The notes under the pieces were generated by a model. It was not told where the DNA came from. It saw only the letters and a program-made list of their open reading frames with translations, and searched no databases. A program made the position numbers and the translations under genes. Positions 24,195-34,091 of a stretch of 64,000 nucleotides of DNA are shown piece by piece (within the stretch, counting starts at the first letter, position 1; every line of letters begins with the position of its first letter). The stretch covers positions 192,609-256,608 of the forward strand of contig CAVTYE010000001.1 of assembly GCA_963738925.1 (NCBI GenBank), read 5' to 3'. This stretch comes from an uncultured Chloroflexia bacterium (GTDB lineage Bacteria; Chloroflexota; Dehalococcoidia; SM23-28-2; RBG-16-64-32).

Positions 24195-26345
24195 ATGACA
24201 CCAGCCAACGAATTTCCCGGCAACATCATCTTCTACGTCATCTTCGTCGGGTTCATGGCGTTCTTCGTGTGGTCGGCCGTCACCCGCTTCCGCTGGTTTT
24301 TCCAGGCCAAGCCCCTCAACCGGCTGGACCATCTCTTCTGGCGCGTCGAAGGGCTAATCCCCTGGCTGCTCGGCAACGGCCGCGTGGCCCGCCGCAAGTA
24401 CTGGTACTCCGGCACCCTCCACACCATGATCTGGTGGGGCTTCATCGTCCTCCAGATCCGCACCCTGAACTTCCTGCTCAACGGCGTCGACCACAGCGTC
24501 TCGTTCGAGGCCAACCTCGGCATCATCTACGACTTGCTGCGCCCGGTGATGGACATGTTCAACGTGCTGGTCCTTGTCGGCTGCGCCATGGCCGCCGTCC
24601 AGCGCTTCTTCTGGCGGCCGCCGCGGATGACGCTGAACATGGACGGCTGGATCATCCTCTTCTTCATCGGCTACCTGATGTTCACGGATGTCTTCCTCAA
24701 CAGCTTCGAGTTCTACCTCCATCCCGGCGAGTTCGATCACAAGAGCTGGGCCTTCCTGACCTACGGCTTCTACAAGCTCTGGGGAGAGCTGGGCCTTTCG
24801 CAGAGCACGGCGGAAGCGTTCAACACCTTCTTCTGGTACAACCACCTGGTCGACTTCCTGGCCTTCCTCTGCTACCTGCCCTACTCCAAGCACTCCCACG
24901 TGCTGACCATCGTCCCGCAGATCGCGGCGCGCCGGTACCAGCCAACCGGCGTCCTCTCACCGATCCCGGAGATCGAGAGCGCGGAGACGTTCGGTGTCGG
25001 TGAGCTGCGCAACTTTAACTGGAAGCAGCTCCTGGACTCCTACACCTGCACGGAGTGCGGGCGCTGTACGGCAGCCTGCCCCGCCAACCTGACCGGCAAG
25101 ATGCTCTCCCCCAAACAGGTCATCGTCGATATCCGCCACCTGATGGAGGAGCAAGAGCCGCCACCGCCGTGGAAACGCGAGAGCCAGAAGTTCCACCCAA
25201 CGGCCGGCAGCGACGAGACGCTGGTGGCCGCACACGGCCCCGACGGCGCGAGCAACGGCCACAGCATCACGCCGCTGATCGAAGGCGTCGGCTTCGAGCC
25301 GATCTGGGACTGCGTGACCTGCGGCGCCTGCATGGAGGAGTGCCCCGTCTTCATCGAGCACGTGCCGACGATCATGGACATGCGCCGCTACCTGGTGATG
25401 GAACAGACGCGGATGCCGGAGACCGCGCAGTCCACCCTTGAGCAGATCGAACAGCGCGGCCACCCCTGGCGCGGCACCCAGCTGACCCGCACCACCTGGA
25501 TCGAAGAGATGGCCGCTGAGGGCGTCACCGTCCCCATCTTCGACGGCACCCAGGAGTACCTGTACTGGGTCGGCTGCACCGGCGCCCTGCAGGAGCGCAA
25601 CGTCAAAGTCACGAAATCTCTGGTGCGTCTCTTCATCCAGGCCGGGGTCAGCTTCGGCGTCCTGGCGATGGAGGAAGGCTGCTCCGGCGATCCGGCCCGG
25701 CGCCTGGGCAACGAGTACCTCTACCAGCTCCAGGCCCAGCAGAACATCGAGGTGTTCAAGGCCAAGGACGTGCAGAAGGTGATCGCCAACTGCCCCCACT
25801 GCTACAACACCATCAAACACGAGTACCCGCAGTTCGACGGCAAGTTCGAGACGACGCACCACTCCGTCTTCCTGGCCGAGCTGATCGCCCAGGGCAAGCT
25901 CGGTCGCATGGACTACGACCCGGCCTCGATTCCCGGCGCGCCGGCCTACGAATGGACCCGCCCCGCCGGCAAGTCCGTCACTTACCACGACCCCTGCTAC
26001 ATCTCCCGCCACAACAACATCATCGACGAGCCGCGCTCCGTCCTGGCCGAGATGGGCGTCACCCAGGTGGAGATGCCGCGCTGCAAGCGCGGGACCTTCT
26101 GCTGCGGAGCCGGCGGCTCCCACATGTGGGTGGAGGAGAGCCGCGGCGAGCGCATCAACGTCGTCCGCAGCGCGGAGGCGGTGGCCACCGGCGCTGACAT
26201 GATCGCCGTCTCCTGCCCCTTCTGCATGCAGATGTTCGAGTCGGGCCTGGGCGCCGTCCCGGAGGCCGAGGAGCGCAACGTCCAGGTGTTCGACCTGGCG
26301 GAGCTCCTGGAGATGAGCGTCACCTACAGCAAGCCGCTGGCGTAA
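24195..26345 (+). CDS. membrane-anchored Fe-S oxidoreductase (HdrD/GlpC-like; EtfD-type) with a polytopic N-terminal domain, two 4Fe-4S motifs and two CCG domains
   Basis: About 6 N-terminal TM helices. CTECGRCTAACP and CVTCGACMEECP. CCG-type motifs CPHCYNTI, YHDPCY, CCGAGGSHMW and CPFCMQMF. Confidence 0.85.
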   Translation: MTPANEFPGNIIFYVIFVGFMAFFVWSAVTRFRWFFQAKPLNRLDHLFWRVEGLIPWLLGNGRVARRKYWYSGTLHTMIWWGFIVLQIRTLNFLLNGVDHSVSFEANLGIIYDLLRPVMDMFNVLVLVGCAMAAVQRFFWRPPRMTLNMDGWIILFFIGYLMFTDVFLNSFEFYLHPGEFDHKSWAFLTYGFYKLWGELGLSQSTAEAFNTFFWYNHLVDFLAFLCYLPYSKHSHVLTIVPQIAARRYQPTGVLSPIPEIESAETFGVGELRNFNWKQLLDSYTCTECGRCTAACPANLTGKMLSPKQVIVDIRHLMEEQEPPPPWKRESQKFHPTAGSDETLVAAHGPDGASNGHSITPLIEGVGFEPIWDCVTCGACMEECPVFIEHVPTIMDMRRYLVMEQTRMPETAQSTLEQIEQRGHPWRGTQLTRTTWIEEMAAEGVTVPIFDGTQEYLYWVGCTGALQERNVKVTKSLVRLFIQAGVSFGVLAMEEGCSGDPARRLGNEYLYQLQAQQNIEVFKAKDVQKVIANCPHCYNTIKHEYPQFDGKFETTHHSVFLAELIAQGKLGRMDYDPASIPGAPAYEWTRPAGKSVTYHDPCYISRHNNIIDEPRSVLAEMGVTQVEMPRCKRGTFCCGAGGSHMWVEESRGERINVVRSAEAVATGADMIAVSCPFCMQMFESGLGAVPEAEERNVQVFDLAELLEMSVTYSKPLA

Positions 26346-26389
26346 ACCTCCCTCTTCCCTCTTCCACGCCCGCCCCGTACCCTAGGCCC

Positions 26390-27643
26390 ATGAAGGCCGA
26401 GATCGTCTCCGTAGGCACCGAGATACTGCTCGGCGAAATCGTCGACACCAACGCGTCCTGGCTGGCCGCGCGGCTGCCGGCGCTCGGCGTCGACCTCTAC
26501 TTCAAGTCCGTGGTCGGAGACAACGTCGACCGCATCGTCGACACCCTGGAACGCGCGCTGGAGCGCTCCGATCTCGTGATCATGACCGGCGGCCTCGGCC
26601 CCACCGACGACGACCTCACGCGCGAGTCGATCGCGGCCGCCCTGGGCGAAGAGCTGTACATCGACGAAGACATGTCGCGGGCGCTGGAGGCGTTCTTCAA
26701 GTCGCGCGGCCTGAACTATCCGGAGCGCAACCGCAAGCAGGCCGGCCTGATCCCTTCGGCCTCCGCCATCCTCAACCCGCGCGGCACCGCACCCGGCTGG
26801 TGGGTTGAGAAGATCCACCCGGAGAAGGGCGACCGCTACATCGTGGCGATGCCGGGCGTGCCCCACGAGATGTACCGGATGTGGGAGAACGAGGTCGAGC
26901 CGCGCCTGATCGAACTCGCCGGCGAGGGCGTGCTGGTCACCCGCGTCCTCAAGACCGTGGGCATGGGCGAGAGCACGCTGGACGAGCTGATCGCGCCGCT
27001 TTCCAAGGACAACACGAATCCCAGCATCGGCGTCTACGCCAAGCAGGACGGCGTCTACGTCCGCATCGCCGCCAAGGCCCCGAGCCGCGAGGCCGCCCGT
27101 GAGCTGATCGCCCCGGTCGAGGAGGAGGCCCGCAAAGTCCTGGGCGCGATCGTCTGGGGCGTCGACGACGAGTCGCTGGAAGGCGCGATCGGGGCGATGC
27201 TCAGGGAGCGCGGCCTCAAGCTGGCGACGATGGAGTCGTGCACCGGCGGCCTTCTCGCCTCGACGATCACGGACGTGGAGGGCTCCTCCGACTATTTCCT
27301 CGGCGGCTACGTCTCCTACGCCACGGAGATGAAGGTCGGCCTCGGCGTCAGCGAAGAGCTGATCGAACAGCACGGCGTAATCAGCAGCGAAGTCGCCTGC
27401 GACATGGCCCACCGCGCCCGCGAGTCCCTGGGCGCCGACTTCGGCATCGGCGTCACCGGCATCGTCGGCAACGAGCCAGTCGAAGGCAAGCCGCCCGGCA
27501 CCGTCCACATCGCCGTCTTCGACGGCAACCGCTGCGAGCCGCTCTCTTACACGATCAACCTCGGCCGCGCCGCCAACAAGCGCCGGGCCGTCACCTCCGC
27601 CCTCTTCCTGCTGCGCCGGACACTGCTGGCCCGCGCCGGCTGA
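26390..27643 (+). CDS. cinA: competence/damage-inducible protein CinA (MoCF-type domain plus nicotinamide-nucleotide amidase PncC domain)
   Basis: MKAEIVSVGTEILLGEIVDTNASWLA...VIMTGGLGPTDDDLTRE; C-terminal ESCTGGLLAS...GVTGIVGNEP. Confidence 0.9.
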   Translation: MKAEIVSVGTEILLGEIVDTNASWLAARLPALGVDLYFKSVVGDNVDRIVDTLERALERSDLVIMTGGLGPTDDDLTRESIAAALGEELYIDEDMSRALEAFFKSRGLNYPERNRKQAGLIPSASAILNPRGTAPGWWVEKIHPEKGDRYIVAMPGVPHEMYRMWENEVEPRLIELAGEGVLVTRVLKTVGMGESTLDELIAPLSKDNTNPSIGVYAKQDGVYVRIAAKAPSREAARELIAPVEEEARKVLGAIVWGVDDESLEGAIGAMLRERGLKLATMESCTGGLLASTITDVEGSSDYFLGGYVSYATEMKVGLGVSEELIEQHGVISSEVACDMAHRARESLGADFGIGVTGIVGNEPVEGKPPGTVHIAVFDGNRCEPLSYTINLGRAANKRRAVTSALFLLRRTLLARAG

Positions 27644-27667
27644 TCGCTCGCGCGCCGTATCCGGCGG

Positions 27668-30600
27668 TTACGCCGTCAGCTGGCGGTACAGCGTGGTAAT
27701 CCGCGACGGCAGCGACTCGATGTCAGGCACCACTTCGTAACCGATGTCGGCGCACATCGTCTTCAGGTAGTCGTGGCCGTAGCGGTCCACGGTCAGACAG
27801 AACGGCACCATCCCCTTGCGCTTGGCCTCCATCAGCGCCATGTGCGTGTCGTGGATCGCGTACTCCTTCTCCGTGCGGTCGCGGCCGTAGCCGTGGTCCT
27901 GCGGCCGCCCGTCGGAGACAAGAAAGAGGATCCGCACCTTGGAGTCGTGCGCCTCCAGCTTGGCGGTGGCGTGGCGGATCGCCGGGCCCATCCGGGTGGA
28001 GCGGACCGGCGCAATCTTGTCGATCCGCCTCTTCACCACCTCCCCGAACTGCTCCTCGAGGTCTTTGACGACGTAGAACTCGACGTTCTCGCGGCCGTAG
28101 CCTGAGAACCCGTAGATGCCGTAGCTGTCGCCGATCGTCTCCAGCGCCTTGATCAGGAGGACGATGCTCTCTTTCTCCAGGTCGATAATGCGCTTCGGCG
28201 GCGTCAGCAGCTCCTGGGCGCGGCGGGCCATCCACCAGGAGAAGTAGCGGCGCGGGTCGTCGTCGAACTCGTCTTGCTGGTACTTGCGCTCATGCTTGGC
28301 GATCTCTTCGTCGGTCGATGCGCTCATGTCCAGCAGGAAGGCGACGCTGACGTCGCGCTCGATCTTGTTGCGGCGCCAGTAGACCTTGTCCGTCGGCGTG
28401 ACGCCGGCCCGCCTCTCGACGGCGTAGTCCGTGACAGCGTCGAAGTCGATCTCTTCGCCGTCCTGCAGCCGCTTGATCTTGCGGAACGTCTCCGGCCGCA
28501 GCAGCTCGAACTGGCGGCGGGTCTGGCCCACCAGCGAGGCGTAGCGTGACAGCGTCTGCTCGTAGTAGTTGGCCGCGCCCTCACCGACGTTGTACTCGAC
28601 GATACGGCACCAGCGCGGCCGGTAGTCGCCGGCGCGGAAGTCCCACTCGTCGTAGAAGAAGTACTTGGGCTCGTTGGCCAGCTCGTGGTCGTCGTCCTCG
28701 GTGCTGAGTCCGGTCACGGGCTGACCGTCCTTGAGCGGCATCGGCTGCGGCTTCTGAGCTTTGTCCTGCTGCTGTTGCTGGTTCAGCTCCTTGATCAGGT
28801 TAGTCAGGAACAGCTCGGAGGACTGAGTGAGGTCGGCCTCGGCCATGTCGGAGATCGTGATCTCCACGCTCTTTTCCAGCATCTGCTTGAGCTGCTCCGG
28901 CGAAAGCGGGGAGGCGTTCTCCTTGTCCTGGCGCTGGTTGCGCAGCTTCATCAGCAGCTGCACGGTCTCCGGTTTGAACTCGCCGCGGAAGTCGACGGGC
29001 TGGGGGCTTTCGTAGGGGACCGGCTCGCCCTGTGGCATATCGATGTTCATGTCGTTGCCCGCGGCGTCGGAGGTCATCGGCGAGAGGTCCATGTCCTCGC
29101 TGTACTCCTGCCACTCCTCCATCTGGTCTTCGGGGAAGAGGTTCGGGATCTTTTCAGCGATCTGGTAGAGCCGCAGCGTCGCCTCCGCGGCGTCTTCCAC
29201 CGTGGCCTCGCCGCCGGGGGCAGTCTGCAGCGTGCCGACGACGCCGACAGCCTCGTGCATGATCGGCATCAGCTGCTCCGGCCAGAGGACGTGCTCCAGA
29301 CCGCCGAGGCTGGCTCGCACCATGTTCTCCACAAAGGCCTGGCGCAGCGGCATCTGCTCCACTTCCGGTCGGCGGCCCAGCTCGCGCTCCTGGCGCTGGC
29401 CGTAAGGCAGGCGGATGCCGCCGTACTCCCTGCCGATCAGCACATCGATCCGAGCGTCCTCAACTATCGCGAAGAGGTCGGACGCCAGGCGCCGGTCCGG
29501 GAAGAGATCGAAGAAGCGCTCCATGTCCGTGAGCGGCTCGCGGGTGACCGGGAGCGCCTCGCCGGGCTCAGACACGTGGCCGTCGGAGTCCAGCGGCGGT
29601 TGCACACCCTCAACCGGGATCCGCTGCTCCTCGAGGGCGTGACGGAGCGGCGGAAAGACGACGCCTTCGCGGTCGAACTGGAAGTCAAAGGTGCCGAACT
29701 CCAGGTGCCCGGCCTGGTGGGTGCAGTAGACCTTGTAGACGCGGAAGTTGGCGTCCTTGTCCGGGAACTCTTCGATGTGCGGCGGCAGGAAGATCGCGCT
29801 GCCCTCTGTGGAAGGCGCTTCCGTCTCCACCCAGCCGATCCCTTTTTCGGCCAGCGCCTCAGCGGGATGAACGGCCACGTCGGCGCCGGTCAGCGCCTTC
29901 CCGTACATGCGGAGGATGTCGGCGACCTTGCTTAGCTCCACCCGCGACGACAGCGACTCCAGCACCTCTTCGCCACGGCTGGACTCCATGCGGAAGTAGG
30001 CCTCACCGCCTTCTGTGCTCTGGTCGAGGAGGCTGCTGCCTACGCCGTGCCAGTCGGCGATCGTGTCGATCGGGATGCGGTCGAGAACGCCGGAGGCCGT
30101 CTTCAGGAACTCCATCGCAGCAAGCGGGGAGCGCACAACGAGGTCTTCGGCCAGCGAGAGCAGCAGGCCGTGCGACTCCTGGTCGACTGTGGCCAGAGCA
30201 CGCGCAGCCTCCGCGAAGAATGTGAACGCCTGCCTGCCCTCGCGCCGGGCCAGCTCCCGCGAAAGCTCCAGGAAGCGGCCGCGCTGCATCTGCTGGATGT
30301 TGGCCAGCAGCCCCGGTCCCTTCTCCAGGTAGGAGCGCGCGTCCGCCCAGCCGGTGGAGGCCAGCGCCTCGGCGAAAGTCAGGAAGGCGGCGCGGTCTTC
30401 GCCGGTCAGCGGCTCCAGCGAGGTGGCGGCGATGCTCAAGCAATGTGAGGCGAGGTCATATGAGCGGTCGCAGAGGGCATCGACGAAACGGACGAGGATG
30501 CGCGCCTCCTCGACGCTGAGCTTGGCGAAGAGCTGGGGGCTGCCGTCGAAGAACTGGACGGCCAGCGAAGCCGACCGCCACGTGCCCTTGTAGAGCAGCC

Positions 30601-30982
30601 GGCCCAGCGCCATCCAGTCGGAGAGGCGGGCCAGGGTGATCGAAGGCAACGTGCCCGGCGAGGCGCGAAAGTAAGAGGCGGCCAGCGCCGAAGACAGCTC
30701 GGCGAGCTCACGCCCGTGCTCCGCCCAGCGCTGAAACCCGATACTCCCCAGCATCGGCAAGAGCTGCGGAGTTACCCGGTAGTACTCTCCGGCGGCCTCC
30801 CAGGAGCGCCAGGACTGCTTGGCCAGCTCCAGCCCGCCCTCGGCCCAGGCCTTGAGCTCGTCATCGGTGAGCTGGTCGCCGATGGCGTCGGCGGCCTTGC
30901 GGAACTCCGCGACCAGGCTCGTCGAAAAGGGCGTGAGCTGCTTGTCGTAGTAGGCGTAGGTCTTCTGGCGCTCGTCGGTCAT
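27668..30982 (-). CDS. large CbbO/NorD-like protein with a C-terminal von Willebrand factor A domain
   Basis: 1104 aa. The long helical N-terminal region has CbbO/NorD-like features (LRMYGKALTG..., TEGSAIFLPPHI). The C-terminal VWA domain has the MIDAS motif VAFLLDMSASTDE...LFLVSDGRPQD. Confidence 0.8.
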   Translation of the reverse strand: MTDERQKTYAYYDKQLTPFSTSLVAEFRKAADAIGDQLTDDELKAWAEGGLELAKQSWRSWEAAGEYYRVTPQLLPMLGSIGFQRWAEHGRELAELSSALAASYFRASPGTLPSITLARLSDWMALGRLLYKGTWRSASLAVQFFDGSPQLFAKLSVEEARILVRFVDALCDRSYDLASHCLSIAATSLEPLTGEDRAAFLTFAEALASTGWADARSYLEKGPGLLANIQQMQRGRFLELSRELARREGRQAFTFFAEAARALATVDQESHGLLLSLAEDLVVRSPLAAMEFLKTASGVLDRIPIDTIADWHGVGSSLLDQSTEGGEAYFRMESSRGEEVLESLSSRVELSKVADILRMYGKALTGADVAVHPAEALAEKGIGWVETEAPSTEGSAIFLPPHIEEFPDKDANFRVYKVYCTHQAGHLEFGTFDFQFDREGVVFPPLRHALEEQRIPVEGVQPPLDSDGHVSEPGEALPVTREPLTDMERFFDLFPDRRLASDLFAIVEDARIDVLIGREYGGIRLPYGQRQERELGRRPEVEQMPLRQAFVENMVRASLGGLEHVLWPEQLMPIMHEAVGVVGTLQTAPGGEATVEDAAEATLRLYQIAEKIPNLFPEDQMEEWQEYSEDMDLSPMTSDAAGNDMNIDMPQGEPVPYESPQPVDFRGEFKPETVQLLMKLRNQRQDKENASPLSPEQLKQMLEKSVEITISDMAEADLTQSSELFLTNLIKELNQQQQQDKAQKPQPMPLKDGQPVTGLSTEDDDHELANEPKYFFYDEWDFRAGDYRPRWCRIVEYNVGEGAANYYEQTLSRYASLVGQTRRQFELLRPETFRKIKRLQDGEEIDFDAVTDYAVERRAGVTPTDKVYWRRNKIERDVSVAFLLDMSASTDEEIAKHERKYQQDEFDDDPRRYFSWWMARRAQELLTPPKRIIDLEKESIVLLIKALETIGDSYGIYGFSGYGRENVEFYVVKDLEEQFGEVVKRRIDKIAPVRSTRMGPAIRHATAKLEAHDSKVRILFLVSDGRPQDHGYGRDRTEKEYAIHDTHMALMEAKRKGMVPFCLTVDRYGHDYLKTMCADIGYEVVPDIESLPSRITTLYRQLTA

Positions 30983-31039
30983 GACGCTCTCAATATTACG
31001 TTATGACGCGCAGGTAGCGCTGCGTTGGGCCGCGCAGCG

Positions 31040-31993
31040 TCAGCCCAGCGGGAACTTCTCGCCGACCAGCTCCTCGCTGCGGGACCAGAGGGCCTCTGCG
31101 CTGGCGGGATCGGTCGCCCAGGGGCGCACGCCGCTGGCCGCCTCAGGGTCGTCCGCCGGAGCAGCCACGCCGCAGTCCTCACAGTAGCGCCCGCCGATCT
31201 CGCTGGCGTCAGCGACGACGCCGGCCCAGACGGTGGTTGCCGCGCCCTGCTCGACAGTCTTGAAGACGTAGGAGCCGGGGGCGTTGTTCACTCGGTCCAT
31301 CAGTTGCTGCATCGTCTCAGGCGTCATGTGCCGGCCCAGCTCCGTCCGGATCCCGCCGGGGTGCACGGGGACGGCGCGGACGCCGCGGTCGCGCAACCTG
31401 GCATCCAGCGCCAGGGCAAAGAGCGCGTTCGCCGTCTTAGCGCGGCCGTAGGCGACCCACGGATCGTACGGAGTGCGCTCAAAGCCGGGATCGTCGAGGT
31501 CTACGTCGGCGAAACGGTGCCCAGAGGACGACAGCACGACGATGCGGCTGGGCGCCGCGGCCACGACCAGCGGCACGAGCTTGTTGACGAAGACGAAGTG
31601 GCCCAGGTGGTTGGTGCCGAACTGCGTCTCGAAGCCGTCCGCGGTTACGCCCTGGGGACAGGCCATGATCCCGGCGTTGGCTATCAGCAGGTCGATCGGT
31701 TTGCCCTCCGCCAGGAGCGCGTCCGCACAGGCCCGCACACTGGCCAGCGAAGCGAGATCGAGCTCGCGGAACTCCATTTTGGCGTTCGGGCCGGTGGCTC
31801 GTATCGCCTCGGCGGCGCGCTCTGCCTTGGGGATGTCGCGCACGGCCATGACGACTTCGGCGCCGTGGGCCGCAAGCGCCCGCGCCGTCTCCGCGCCCAG
31901 CCCGGCCGAGGCGCCGGTGATGAGGACGCGCTTTCCAGACAGATCGATGCCGTCGAGCAGTTCGTTGGTGGTGGTTTCGAAGCCGTAGGCCAT
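31040..31993 (-). CDS. SDR family oxidoreductase (retinol dehydrogenase-like)
   Basis: Start set to ATG 31993 (MAYGFETT...), 7 nt after the CbbQ stop. KRVLITGASAGLGAETARALAAHGAEVVMAVRD, NAG, and YGRAKTAN (YxxxK). Confidence 0.85.
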   Translation of the reverse strand: MAYGFETTTNELLDGIDLSGKRVLITGASAGLGAETARALAAHGAEVVMAVRDIPKAERAAEAIRATGPNAKMEFRELDLASLASVRACADALLAEGKPIDLLIANAGIMACPQGVTADGFETQFGTNHLGHFVFVNKLVPLVVAAAPSRIVVLSSSGHRFADVDLDDPGFERTPYDPWVAYGRAKTANALFALALDARLRDRGVRAVPVHPGGIRTELGRHMTPETMQQLMDRVNNAPGSYVFKTVEQGAATTVWAGVVADASEIGGRYCEDCGVAAPADDPEAASGVRPWATDPASAEALWSRSEELVGEKFPLG

Positions 31994-32000
31994 CAGCGGG

Positions 32001-32888
32001 CTATTCGAAGATCGAGGAGACGACCTCTTCGATGCTGCGCTGAACATCGCGGTCGTCGGTGAGGGCCCAGATCACGGCCACCTGGCAGGCGCGCCGCGCT
32101 GTGATGCCCTGGTGAATCAGCTTGCCGGCGTAGATCAGCAGCCGGGTGCTGACGCCTTCGGCCAGGCCGTGCTCCTTGAGGTGGCGCACCTTCTCGCCCA
32201 GCTTGGCCAGGTCCATCGCCACCGCGTCGTTGACGCCGGACTCGTGCGCGACGATCTTCGCCTCCAGGTCCCGCGGCGGGTAGCCGAACTCAACGGACAT
32301 GAAGCGCTGGCGCGTGCTGTGCTTGAGGTCCTTGAGCGCGCTCTGGTAACCGGGGTTGTAGGAGATGACGAGCAGGAAGCCGTCCTTGGCCTCGATGATC
32401 TGGCCGAGCTTCTCGATCGGCAGCAGGCGCCGGTGGTCGGTCAGAGGATGGATCAGGACGGTCGTGTCCTTGCGCGCCTCGACGATCTCGTCCAGGTAGC
32501 AGATCGCGCCGGCCTTCACAGCGCGGGTCAGCGGCCCGTCGATCCAGCGCGTCGAGTCACCCTCCAGCAGGTACCGGCCGACGAGGTCGGAAGCCGTCAG
32601 GTCTTCGTGGCAGGCGACGGTGATAAGCTGGCGGCCGGTCTCCTCGGCGTGGGAGCCGTTGCCGTCGGCGTCGCGGACGATGCTGACCGGGCGGCCCAGC
32701 TTGTACGCCATGTACTCCACGAAGCGCGTCTTGCCGCAGCCGGTCGGCCCCTTGAGCAGGACCGGGATCTTCTCGGCGTAGGCAGACTCGAACAGCTCGA
32801 TCTCGTCCTTGACCGGCTCGTAGAACGGCTCGGCCGAAACGACGTACTCTTCGATGGCGTATTGCTTGAAGGTTGGTTCGGTAGTCAT
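32001..32888 (-). CDS. MoxR-class AAA+ ATPase, CbbQ/NirQ/NorQ family
   Basis: 295 aa. Walker [19 protein letters not shown] and Walker [12 protein letters not shown]; [10 protein letters not shown]. The C-terminal CbbQ-type region is [13 protein letters not shown]. Confidence 0.9.
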   Translation of the reverse strand: MTTEPTFKQYAIEEYVVSAEPFYEPVKDEIELFESAYAEKIPVLLKGPTGCGKTRFVEYMAYKLGRPVSIVRDADGNGSHAEETGRQLITVACHEDLTASDLVGRYLLEGDSTRWIDGPLTRAVKAGAICYLDEIVEARKDTTVLIHPLTDHRRLLPIEKLGQIIEAKDGFLLVISYNPGYQSALKDLKHSTRQRFMSVEFGYPPRDLEAKIVAHESGVNDAVAMDLAKLGEKVRHLKEHGLAEGVSTRLLIYAGKLIHQGITARRACQVAVIWALTDDRDVQRSIEEVVSSIFE

Positions 32889-32930
32889 CTTCGTAGCTCT
32901 AGCATACCTGCAACGGTGCGTGCTTGACGA

Positions 32931-33530
32931 TCAGCCCAGGCGGGTCTGCAGCTCCTGCCACAGCTTCAGAGCCTGCTCGCGCGTGCTCTCCATGTCGCCG
33001 CTGGTATCGATCACCTTGTTGGCGCGCTTGATGCGGGCCTCGTTCGTCATCTGGGCGCGGATTCGCTCCATCACCTGCTCCGGGGCCAGGCCGCTGCGCT
33101 CCGAGACGCGGGCAGCGACGATCTCCGGCGGCGTCACGGTGACCCAGATCTCGTTGGTCAGGTCGTCCCAGCTCGCCTCCAGCAGCAGCGCCGCTTCCAG
33201 GATCACGATCTTGTCGCCCTTCCGGTTGTGCTCCACCAGCTTCTCGCGCATCATCCCCTTCATCCGCGGGTGGGTGATGGAGTTGAGCTTGGCCAGCTCC
33301 CTGGGATCGCTGAAAACGATTGCGCCCAGCTTCTTGCGGTCGATGGTGCCGTCGGCGGCGATGACCTGGGGCCACTCCTTGGAGATCTCGTGGTAGCCGG
33401 GCCGGCCGGGCAGGTAGACTTCGTGGCCGACGAGGTCGGCGCTGAGGACCGGCGCGCCCTGCTCCTGGAGCACCTGGGCGACGGTGGACTTGCCTGTGCC
33501 GATACCGCCGGTGAGACCGATGACGAACAA
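32931..33530 (-). CDS. coaE: dephospho-CoA kinase
   Basis: MFVIGLTGGIGTGKSTVAQVL (P-loop) and HPRM...LEAALLLE. Confidence 0.9.
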   Translation of the reverse strand: MFVIGLTGGIGTGKSTVAQVLQEQGAPVLSADLVGHEVYLPGRPGYHEISKEWPQVIAADGTIDRKKLGAIVFSDPRELAKLNSITHPRMKGMMREKLVEHNRKGDKIVILEAALLLEASWDDLTNEIWVTVTPPEIVAARVSERSGLAPEQVMERIRAQMTNEARIKRANKVIDTSGDMESTREQALKLWQELQTRLG

Positions 33531-33632
33531 ATGGGCCGCCTTAGCTGTGGGGGTGGGACGAAAACGTCCGCCGTGGCGGACAACCTGATTTTTGCAGACT
33601 ATAACGCGCGGGTCAAGAAAACGGTCCGCGGG

Positions 33633-34085
33633 TCAGTCAGCAAGCCAGATCATGAAGTCCATCGACTGGATCATCCCCTGCGATTTGTAGAAGCGATGCG
33701 CGTCCAGGCGGCCGCCTCCTGAACCCAGCTCCAGGTGCGTCGCGCCATGCTCCCGCGCCCAGGCAAACGAGGCCTGGATGAGCTGCCCGCCGATGCCCTG
33801 CCCGCGCCGCTCCGCGCTCACGACCAGGTCCTGCAGCCAGCACCGCGGCCCGTAGCGGATCGATTCGATGTCCCTGTAGACCGATGACAGGCCGACCACC
33901 TGATCGCCGTCCAGGGCCAGCAGGACGTCCGCATCGGCCCGCGACGTAGCCCAGCGAAAGCCGGTTGAGCCGCGCTCGCGGGTGTAGTCCGGCGGCGGCG
34001 CGCCGGGCTCTTCAAACAGCTGGGGCAGAAGGTCCAGCACCGCGGCCTCGTCGCCGAGAGTCGCCGGCCGGATCGTGATCGGCAT
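33633..34085 (-). CDS. GNAT family N-acetyltransferase
   Basis: 150 aa; [27 protein letters not shown]...FYKSQGM. Confidence 0.8.
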   Translation of the reverse strand: MPITIRPATLGDEAAVLDLLPQLFEEPGAPPPDYTRERGSTGFRWATSRADADVLLALDGDQVVGLSSVYRDIESIRYGPRCWLQDLVVSAERRGQGIGGQLIQASFAWAREHGATHLELGSGGGRLDAHRFYKSQGMIQSMDFMIWLAD

Positions 34086-34091
34086 CCGCGA

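Noticed and set aside
27668-32888. Calling the CbbQ/CbbO pair a Rubisco activase (or NorQ/NorD)
   Set aside because: No Rubisco, carboxysome or nitric oxide reductase genes lie in the 64 kb. The family assignment is kept, but the specific function is not.
33565-33580. GTCCGCC-gt-GGCGGAC hairpin downstream of the GNAT gene; possible terminator
   Set aside because: The loop is only 2 nt as drawn and the T-run is weak (GTTTTCG). It is plausible but not strong enough to list as a feature.
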